Positions 11,427 to 19,985 of a DNA stretch of 64,000 nucleotides are shown here, piece by piece. The position numbers and the translations under genes are program-made. The notes beneath the pieces are model-generated. The model had not been told where the DNA came from, did no database searches, and saw only the letters and a program-made list of their open reading frames with translations. Where the stretch lies: positions 106,454,001 through 106,518,000 of the forward strand of contig JBNRSN020000020.1 of NCBI GenBank assembly GCA_051313645.2, given 5' to 3'. The DNA is from Centroscyllium fabricii (Eukaryota). Position 1 is the stretch's first letter, and the number at the start of each line of letters is the position of its first letter.

Positions 11427-11770
11427 ACTCCCACTAGTGTTTTCTGCCCCATAACTGTGTTAGACTGGGCCTGTGTTCTCTGAAGTTTAGAATAATGAGA
11501 CGATCCCATTGAAACATATAAAATTATAAGTTAGATTCCAAGAGGCAGTATCCCCTGACTGGAAAGTCTAGAAATTAAAAAAAATAAAAAAATTATTCAT
11601 TGATGGGGTGTGGGCGTCTCTGGCTGGCTAGGCCTGCATTTAGTGCCCATCCCTAATTGCTCTTGAGAAAATGGCGGTGAGCCACCTTCTTGAACCACTG
11701 CAGTCTTATTGTTTTTCGTAGCAGTTGTTTACAACTGAGTGGCTTGCTGGGCTATTTCAGAGGGCATTAA

Positions 11771-12164
11771 GGGCGGCACGGTGACATAGTGGTTAGCACT
11801 GTTGCCTTACAGCTCTGGAGACCCGGGTTCAAATCCAGCCTCGGGTACTATCTGTGTGGAGTTTGCACATTCTCCCCGTGTCTGCGTGGGTTTCCTCCGG
11901 GTGCTCCGGTTTCCTCCCACAGTTCAAAGATGTGCGGGTTAGGTTGATTGGCCAGGATAAATTGACGCCTAGTGTTAGGGGGATTAAATATGTGGGGTTA
12001 CTGGGATATGTGTCAGTGCAGGCTCGATAGGGATCGAGGGATATGAGGAGAAGGCAGGGACAGGGCACTGAATTTGGATGTTCAGCCATGATCTCATTGA
12101 ATAGCGGGGCAGGCTCGAAGGGCCGAGTGGCCTACTCCTGCTCCTATCTTCTATGTTTATATGT
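11771..12164 (+). mobile_element. HE1-like V-SINE
   Basis: GGGCGGCACGGTGACATAGTGGTTAGCAC head, V-domain, CR1 tail. Confidence 0.9.
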
Positions 12165-12438
12165 TTAACCACATTGCTGTGGGTCTGGAGTCACCTGTAG
12201 GCCAGACCAGCAAAGGATGGCAGATTTCCTTCCCTAAAGGACATTAGTGAACCCGATGGGCTTTTGCAACAATCGCCAATGGTATCATGGTCGTCATTAC
12301 TAAGACTAACATTTAATTCCAGAATTGAACTGAATTGAATTTAAATTCCACCAGCTTCCGTGGTGGGATTTGAACCCATATCCTCAAAGCATTTGACTGA
12401 GCCTCTTGATTACTATTCTAGTGACATAACCAGTACAC

Positions 12439-12616
12439 CAGTGGTCCCCAACCAATTCTCAGAACCTTCCGGCAAAAAATCTCTGGCAGCACCCCCCCCC
12501 CCCCCCCCCACCCCCCCGCTGAGACTAAAAATCTCCGTCAGAACCCCCCCACTGGTCCGCGAAGAAATTGACAACCCCAAAACGGGCCGCAAACGCACAA
12601 AGGTTGGGGACCCCTG
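12439..12616. mobile_element. hAT (Charlie-like) MITE, 178 bp
   Basis: TIRs CAGTGGTCCCCAACC / GGTTGGGGACCCCTG (14/15 match); 8-bp TSD CAGTACAC / CACTACAC. Confidence 0.85.
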
Positions 12617-13173
12617 CACTACACCACTAGGGGTTATAGTCTCAGGATAAGAGGTTGGTCATTTAGGACTGAGATGAGGAGAAATGTCTTCACTCAGAGG
12701 GTTGTGAATCTTTGGAATTCTCTGCCCCAGGGGGCTGTGGATGCTCAGTCTTTGAGTGTATTCAAGGCTGTGATCGATAGACTTTTGGACACAAAGGAAA
12801 TCAAGGGATCTGGAGATCGGGCGGGAAAGTGGAGTTGAGGTCAAAGATCACCGTAATTCTATTGAATGACGAAGCAGGCCCGAGGGGGCGAATGGCCGAC
12901 TCCTGCTCCTCTTTCCTATGTCCTTGTCTTATTTCTTCGCACCCTGCTCACGTGTTCTCAATGCAGAAGTGATGTATTTGCAAGGGTTGCATTGATCTAT
13001 TTGTAAATACTGTCACTGCTCTATATTGCTGGAGAACTGTGCTGTCAGTTCAGAGTGATGGTGGATCCATTATCCCCCTCCCTCCTTACCCCTACAATAC
13101 CAATGTGGATGGATTCCTCTCGTTGATAAGGTAACGACACACAGCAGCACTGACTGCTGATACAATGGAACTT

Positions 13174-13621
13174 CATTCAATTCAATTCAATTTATTGTCA
13201 TTGCAAAGTGAACAGGCACAATGCAATGAAATGCAAACTTGCAAACTCCCAAGAAGATGCAGATATTAAAACGTCCTCTCCTATAAGTCCCCGTCCCATC
13301 CATTCCATCTGCCCCTGGCCGGGTGACGCTAGCGACGCCGACCTCAGTACTCCGACCACGACGGCTCCGGTGCTCCGATGACGCCGACCCCGGTGCTCCG
13401 ATCACGCGGACCCCGGTGCTCTGACCACGCCGACCTCTGTGCTCCGACCACGCCGACCCCGGTGCTCCGACCACGCCGACCTCTGTGCTCCAACCACGCA
13501 GGCCCCGGCGCGCCGACCTGGCGCTCCGACCACGAAGGCTGCGGAGCTCCAACCACGCCAACCTCGGTGCTCCGACCATGCCAGCCTCGGTGCGCCGACC
13601 CGAGTGCTCCAGTCAAAAGAA
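13174..13621 (-). mobile_element. Short retroposon with (TTGAA)n tail (Rex1/Babar- or L2-type end) carrying a GC-rich minisatellite
   Basis: Minus-strand end ...GCAATGACAATAAATTGAATTGAATTGAATGAA; candidate TSD AATGGAAcTT / AATGGAAgTT. Confidence 0.6.
13335..13612. repeat. 23-bp CpG-rich minisatellite, about 12 copies (ACGCCGACCCCGGTGCTCCGACC)
   Basis: Directly visible tandem units with substitutions. Confidence 0.9.
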
Positions 13622-14104
13622 AATGGAAGTTACACTCATCATTTAATTGGTTATTTCTTCCTTGACATCCATTGGCAGTTCAGAGAATCCTTCAAATAAT
13701 TTCTATGGTGGGATCTCACTTATGCCCTAGTTTCACTGGAGGCTAAGAATGCCAAGTATCCCAAGAATCGTCAAGAATCGAAATTCTTGGCGATTCTTGG
13801 TGATTCTGCAAGAAATGCGAAAAATACTTGGTTGAATCTTGGCGATTCTTGGTGAATTCTTGGCGATTCTGGACAAGGTTACGAATCTATCACGAATTAT
13901 TTTACGAATGAGGTACGAATCACTCACGAATCCACCACGAATTGCAAGAATTAATTAAGAATCCACTACGAACTCCACGAATTAGTTACGAATTCTAAGA
14001 ATCATCTAAGAATTGATTTTGATAGTTGACATTTCTGTTGATATTCCGGCATATTCCAGCATTTAAAAAAACCCTGAACCCCTGCTGAACCTGTCATTTG
14101 TACA

Positions 14105-14428
14105 ATGGGTGTTCGATGGAAAGCATGTGTGGCTCTGGCTGCGGAGTTGGAGCACTATCACGACCTGCTGTTCTTGGAACCCCCAAGAAGACAGAGAAGA
14201 CGCAAGCGCTGGTGGGTTCGACCATGGATGACACCGGCTAGAAGGCTAGAGTTTGGGCACTACCACAGACTGCTGCAGGAACTGAGGCTGGAAGATCAGA
14301 ACTCCTTCGTCAACTATGTGAGAATGCCACAGCAGATGTTCGATGAGCTCCTCCAAAGGATCACCCCTTTCATCCAGAGGCAGCACACCCGGCTGAGACC
14401 ACCCCTAAGTGCTGGACTGAAGCTGTGA
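14105..14428 (+). pseudogene. N-terminal fragment of a PIF/Harbinger (HARBI1-family) transposase, truncated before the DDE domain
   Basis: RRKRWWVRPW...GHYHRLLQELRLED..SFVNYVRM...FDELL..I.P.I.RQ.T..R..LS, the typical Harbinger transposase N-terminus; lies between TTA-flanked TIRs. Confidence 0.85.
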
Positions 14429-14462
14429 TTTCATGTGTGATGTTTGACTTCAGTCTGTCTGT

Positions 14463-14502
14463 GTTACCTGACGAAGGGGCAGAAGCTCCGAAAGCTTGTG
14501 AT
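14463..14502 (+). ncRNA. Minimal type-I hammerhead ribozyme motif in a Penelope-like pLTR fragment (about 14430-14550)
   Basis: Stem I GTTAC/GTGAT; core CTGACGA(A); stem II GGGGC-AGAA-GCTCC; GAAA; loopless palindromic stem III AGCT; AATAAA at 14507. Confidence 0.75.
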
Positions 14503-15333
14503 TTTAAATAAAACCGTTGGACTAAGAAACTGGTGTTGTGTGACTTCTTTGATAAATTGAGACAAATTTTATCTGAAAGTTATTTTTATTGTGGGAAAAA
14601 AATAAAGTGTTATGCAACAAAAGAAAACCAGGATTTAAACAGCAAGCAAGGTATAATGGTAATTTTTATAATAAATAACATATAACCACAATTTTGTTAA
14701 AACTATTACTATAACCACAAAATTTTATAACATAACCATAACTTTTTATAACTAATATTATATACAAAAACTTTTATAACTAAAACATTTAACCACTCAT
14801 TTTTACAACTATTTTTATAAACACAACTTTTTGGAAATAATTTTGAAAAAATCAAGAATGCCCAAGAATAGCCAAGAATGCACTACGAATCCACTACGAA
14901 TCAGTTACGAACGGTAAGAAAGGGTCACGAACGGTAAGAATGGGTCACGAATTGTTTACGAATCTACCACGAATTGGAAAATCGTGAACCCTCCTACGAA
15001 ATTTTTTGACAAACAAAAACTTTCTTTAAAACTCAAAGAACTCCCGCGAACTACCGCGAACTCTACGATTGCGCTACGAATCCACTACGAATCTACTACG
15101 AATCTACTACGAATCCACTACGAATTGCAAGAATGACCCACGAATCGGCCAAATTTCACAATCGGCACGATTCGGGAATTCGTAGCCTCCAGTGAAACTA
15201 GGGCATTAGAGTTTTCACACAGACTGAGGAGCTCCTCACCTCCCTCATTATTCCCTTTCTCTTGCAATCTGCTGGCTTCCAAAGCATAAATTTGGTGTGA
15301 CCTGACCATTACTCCTTGATTTATTTGGCCAGG

Positions 15334-16660
15334 CATGACTGAACAATGACAGACAGGTAAAGACCCCCTAGTCCATCCAGCCTGTCCCTCTCAATTGCGA
15401 TACCCTGTGTATCACAACACTCCCCACCTCACCCCACCCCACCCCACCCGAAACCTTGCGATCTCCTGGGAGAGGCAAAAAAAAGATAAAACCCTAGGCC
15501 AATTTGGGGGAAAAGATCTGGGAACTTCTTCTCCGACCCATCTAGGTGATGGAAACTAGTCCAGGAGATCACTCCGGCCCTGAATTCCCTGCAGTGCCCG
15601 CCTTATGTAAGAGGTGATCTCCGCCCCAGCCAGAAACAGGTCCAGATCTCACTTGAAGGAATTCAGCGAATCAGCGTCCAACACATGACACGCAGCCTGT
15701 TCCAGAGGTCCACTATTCTCTGGGAAAAGAACCACCTCCTGGCATTGAACCTAGATCTGGCCTTGTACAACTTAAATTTGTGACCACAGGTCCTTCCTAA
15801 AGGCCCTGTCACACCTAGACGTTTTAGCCAGCGTATGCAAATTTGGCTAAAACGCTGGGTTACGCTGAACTTTGGGCGTTTAATAGCGTATTCATAACGA
15901 GTTGGACGATAACGTATTATACGGTAGCAAACACGTTCAGTAAGTTCTGTGGTCGTAAATATGCGTTGGAGATACGTTACACATAGGTTCAAAGCACGTT
16001 ACTCATAGGTTAGAAATAAGTTCCGGGTACGCTTAGAAATTATCTCGACGTCTTTTGACTTATGAATAACTTACAAGTAACGTGTGTCGACGTGTGTCAA
16101 CGATCGCCTAACGTGCCTACAACGTATGGCCAGCGTATGCGGAACGTGTGAATCATACGCAAGATACGTGGAGAAATTTTGTGCATGCTCAAAATTTCTC
16201 GACTTACTCGAAGTACAACGACGTATGCAACTTATGGCCAGCGTATGCCAGCGTGCTCTTAACGTATGCATAACGTACCCATAACGTATCCGACGTAACC
16301 CAGCGTTTTAGCCAAATTTGCATATGCTGGCTAAAACGTCTAGGTGTGACAGGGCCTTAACATGTTTAGTTGAAACAAACTGTCAACTGGAACACAATCA
16401 ATTCCCTTCATTACCTTAGAAACCTCAATCAGATCACCTCTAAGTCTACGCTTCTCTAAAGTGCAGAGTCCCAACTCTTTTAGCCGATCTTGATAACTGA
16501 GATGCTTTAGACTGGGAATTATGCCAGTGGCTCCTCCTCTGCAGCCTCTCCAAGGCCTCAATATCACCCACCATGTGAGGGGACCAAAACTCGACACAGT
16601 ATTCCAAGTGCAACCTGGCCAAGGTCTTGTACAAGAACAAAATAGTATGCCTCATTTTAT
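15334..16660 (-). mobile_element. CR1 3' fragment of a distinct family, interrupted by a MITE
   Basis: LYKTLARLHLEYCVEFWSP...EKRRLRGDLIE...QLNML|GRTCGHKFKL...FFSQRIVDLWNRL; shares the 3' UTR module with 10848-11426. Confidence 0.88.
15801..16357. mobile_element. PIF/Harbinger (Tourist-like) MITE, 557 bp
   Basis: 64-bp TIRs with one mismatch (AGGCCCTGTCACACCTAGACG...); TAA TSD (15798-15800 / 16358-16360); removing it restores the CR1 reading frame. Confidence 0.95.
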
Positions 16661-16774
16661 AATCAATTGTCCTAATTTGCTGTCAAAATAATGGCAAGGC
16701 GAATGGTTCTCGCTGCTATTTAAGCATACAGCATCTTCAAGCAAGGGGCAGATGCGCGGTAAAATGTGAATACC

Positions 16775-17128
16775 CACAAAATTAATAGAGAGGATAGATA
16801 GAAAAGCAACTTTTTCTCTTAGAAGAGGAGTCAATAACAAGGGGGCATAGTTTCAAGGTGAGGGGCAGGAGGTTTAGAAGAGATTTGAGGAGGAACTTTT
16901 CACCCGGAGGATGTTTGGAATCTGGAACTCACTGCCTGAAAGGGTGGTGGAGGCAGGAACCCTCACAACATTCAAGAAGCATTTAGATGAGCACTTGAAA
17001 CACCATTGCATACAAGGCTATGGACCAAGTGCTGGAAAATGGGATTAGAATAGACAGGGCTTGATGGTCGGCACAGACACGATGGGCCGAAGGGTCTCTT
17101 TCTGTGCTGTATAACTCAATCATTCTAC
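16775..17128 (+). mobile_element. CR1 3' fragment, same family as 1834-2681
   Basis: Inverted homology to 1850-2200, including tggaactcactgcctgaaagggtggt and the tail. Confidence 0.88.
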
Positions 17129-17297
17129 ATAAGTTGCTGTCCGAGTTGCGCCACTCCACCTTGACCTCAGCCTTCCCATTTCTGTTGGACGTTGCCATAT
17201 TTACCCGTTAATTTCCCATTAAACTCGTCACAGAAAGTTAAGTCTTACAAGCGTCAAGTACTCTTGCTGCCAATCAACCTCTCTGGCACCAAAATAA

Positions 17298-18056
17298 ATG
17301 GCCAGAAATTGCAGTCTGCCCATATCGCGTTTGAGCTCTGGTGCGAGCGCACCAGAGCTTAAACGCGCAGGAAGCAGCCGTTTGCGCTGCTTCAGTCTTT
17401 CCTGTGGCAGCCAGCGGGGGGGCAGAGTTCCTGCGATGGCTCTCGCAGGAACCATCGAACTATGGGGTGCGTTCAGTCATTCCGTTAAGTTTTTCTACGG
17501 ACCAAGAGCAGAAGATTGTACGCTGGAAAAAAGGAGTCGTAAGTACCCGTTTTTATCTGGTAAGTGTGTATTTTATTGATTTTAAGTGTTGTTTTCTCAG
17601 GTTTTTAATTGTTGTTAACTTTAAAGACAGGTAAGTATTTTTTTAGGCCTGTTAGAAGATGAAAACATTTTCTGTAAATTTTTATTTTTTCTTTAAAATA
17701 GGTTATTTATGTTAGTTGGAGTAATGTTAAAAAAATGTGGTGTTTTTAAAATTTTATTTTTGAGTTTAGATGTCTTTTGAGCAATCTCTCCTTTCAAAAC
17801 TTACACAGATTTCTCATTGGAAGTTTTGAACGGAGGATTGCTTCCACTGATTGGCTCCCTGCCAATCACGTGGTCTCAAAAGCCATTGCGCACTAATTAC
17901 GCCCTTCAGTTGCCCATGAAGCTCGCACAGAGCTCTGACAAGCTGGGCTAACAGGAATGACTGAGTGCAAAAAAGCAAACTGGCAGATGCGCTGGGTAAG
18001 TGCAACTAGCAGGCACTGCACCCGCCCGAAGGGCTCCACTGCAATTTCTGGGCCGT
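17298..18056. mobile_element. Non-autonomous TIR element, probably Harbinger-type
   Basis: Ends ATGGCCAGAAATTGCAG ... CTGCAATTTCTGGGCCGT, flanked by TAA on both sides; homologous to 18826-19608. Confidence 0.75.
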
Positions 18057-18469
18057 TAACTAATGTCATGTGGAGTTTTGTTCCTTCAGGTTTAGAATAT
18101 TTTGGGTAGATTTTAAAAATATAACATTTTTTAATTTACATTTTTTAGTATTCCTTTCTGTCTCTTTTTTTTAATCTTCCTCTCTTAATACAATCTTTCT
18201 TTCCCTCTCTTTATTTCTCTTTCTGTACCTGATTTTAAATCGCCCCCTTTAATTCACTTTCCTCCTCAGTCCTTCCAGTGTTTATTTTGCTATCCTTAAA
18301 TCTGGTTGTTTAAGGAGAAACCCTGTTGGTTGCCCTGTTCACGCAGGTCCCAGATGCCCTGTTTTCCCTTGCTGTGCCATTATGAGTTCGCACTTTCAGC
18401 AACTTTCTGGGCAAGTTTCATTTTGAGCTGAAGGGTGCAGGGGCACGTCTAACAAATCCCCTCCAAGCC

Positions 18470-18690
18470 ACACACCATCCTGACTTGGAAATAATACCAG
18501 CCGTTCCTTCAGCGTCACTGGGTCAAAATCCTGGAACTCCCTCCCTAACAGCACTGTGGGAGCACCTTCACCACACGGGCTGCAGCGGTTCAAGAAGGCG
18601 GCGGCTCACCACCGTCTCGAGGGCAGTTAGGGATGGGCAATAAATGCTGGTCTTGCCGGCCATGCCCACAGCCCAGGAACGAATGAAAGA
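18470..18690 (+). mobile_element. LINE 3' end (CR1/L2 group), likely tail donor of the second SINE family
   Basis: Encodes GSKSWNSLPNSTVG.PSPHGLQRFKKAA; followed by GGGATGGGCAATAAATGC tail. Confidence 0.75.
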
Positions 18691-18825
18691 AATAACTACA
18701 GACGTCGTTAGATGTCCTGCTACAGCAAAATCTGGCCCATCGTATCTTCTCCTCCATGTTTTTCAACTCTGGTGGGTCTTGCCCTCTGGTCCTTCTGCCC
18801 TTTGCCTTGGGGTTTTTCTCAGAGA

Positions 18826-19608
18826 ATGGCCCAGTATTTCCGATGCTCGCACTTGGATTTGGAGGCGGGTGTAAGCGCACCCGAGCTCCAAATCGCATGA
18901 AACAGCCGTTTCCAGCTGCTCCATGCATTTCCAAAGGCAGCCAGCAAGGTGGGGGGGGGGGGGGCGGGTGTAGAGCTGCTGCGAGGAGGATCGCACCTGC
19001 CTGCGCACCAGGGGGAGCGCAGTAAACTTCCATTTTTTTTCAGAGTTTTTCATCGGGGTAAGTACTGAAGATTTTACGCTTGAAAATACCAGACGTAAGC
19101 AGCCGTTTTTAGCAGGTAGGTCTTTATTTTATACAATTTAAGTATTGTTCTTACAGGGTTTAAATGTTTTTAAACTTTAAAGACAGGTAAGTATGCTTTT
19201 AGACCAGTTAAAGACTGTAAAAAAAAAAATCTACATTTTTATTTTTTATTTAAAATGAGTAATTTATGTTGGAGTATTGTTAAAAAAATGTGGTGTTTTT
19301 TAAATTTTGTTTTTGAGTTTAGATGTGTTTTGGAAGATCTCTCTTTTCAAAAGTTACACAGATTTCTCTGTGTATGTTTTGAATGGAGGATTGCTTCCAT
19401 TGATTGGCTCACTGCCGATCACATGGTCTTGTGCGAGATTTTGAATTAATTGCGCCCTTCAGTTGCACCAGAAGCTCGCATAAAGCTTTCAACAGCTGTA
19501 CAACTCGGGAGTTCACAGCGTAAAATTTCAAAACGGCAAAAGTGCTGGGTAAGTGCAAATAGGATCCCTACACTGGCACGAAGGCTCCAAGGCAAATTTC
19601 TGGGCCAA
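18826..19608. mobile_element. Second, diverged copy of the 17298-18056 TIR element
   Basis: Ends ATGGCCCAG ... ATTTCTGGGCCAA; shared internal blocks such as aactttaaagacaggtaagtat and ggaggattgcttcca.tgattggctc. No clean TSD. Confidence 0.7.
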
Positions 19609-19985
19609 TATGTTTCAGCATGACACAGAAAGAAAGATGTAACTTATATTAGAAACACAGCAAGCACTTCACAAACAAAAAATATACTTTGTAATGCAGT
19701 GAATGTTGCTACATAGAGGAAGACAGAACTCCTGATAAGCAGTCAGACCATGTTTCAGTTGTAAAGAGGATACATGTTGGGTGTAATTTCTGCCTAATAG
19801 CTGGATAAATCTTGCATTCACCTACATTACAGTGTCTGCACTTCAAAGCAATTCATTGCAAGCGAAACACTGTTTGTGGGCGAGCTGCAAACTATGCAAA
19901 AACAAGCCTTACATTATTTCTTTGTATTCCTGTCCTCTCGGTGTCATTATCCCTCTTCCCATGCTGCTAATTTCACCTGGGACTA

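Larger units (their letters stand above)
7611..11450 (-). mobile_element. Long decayed CR1 (HER1-like) LINE, from endonuclease C-terminus through RT to the 3' tail
   Basis: APE motifs GDFN, LDLVL and LGSSDHN (10507-10758); KSPGTDGLHPRILKE; RT motifs SCLTNLLEFFE and YLDFQKAFDKVPH (8684-8860); C-terminal VRPHLEYC. Many frameshifts and three inserts. Confidence 0.93.
11576..12627 (-). mobile_element. tRNA-derived SINE of the second family (possibly MetaSINE-type core), interrupted by a V-SINE and a hAT MITE
   Basis: B box GGGTTCAAATCCC near 12365-12378; core ACTAATGTCCTTTAGGGAAGGAAATCTGCC; LINE-derived tail at 11576-11705. The family name is a recollection. Confidence 0.78.
7556..12930 (+). mobile_element. 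CR1 3' fragment split into three pieces (about 7556-7610, 11461-11573, 12626-12930) by nested insertions
   Basis: The pieces rejoin collinearly: ...gagagattgagtag|actgggcctg...aagtctagaa|actaggggttatagtctcagg...tail. Confidence 0.8.
13723..15205 (+). mobile_element. Non-autonomous PIF/Harbinger DNA transposon, 1483 bp
   Basis: Perfect 23-bp TIR TGCCCTAGTTTCACTGGAGGCTA; TTA TSD (13720-13722 / 15206-15208); subterminal ACGAAT/AAGAAT arrays; transposase fragment inside. Confidence 0.93.

Noticed and set aside
11771-11850. tRNA genes suggested by A and B boxes
   Set aside because: They are SINE heads continuing directly into SINE bodies.
13049-13130. Possible + strand exon (QSDGGSIIPLPPYPYNTNVDGFLSLI, donor AG|GTAACG)
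   Set aside because: Weak pyrimidine tract, short, and unrecognised; compatible with chance.
13187-13699. Overlapping Pro/Arg/Gly-rich ORFs
   Set aside because: By-products of the GC-rich 23-bp minisatellite.
18590-19053. Cluster of overlapping ORFs with poly-Pro/Gly
   Set aside because: They span a LINE tail and the GC-rich end of a TIR element with a G run; no recognisable domain.
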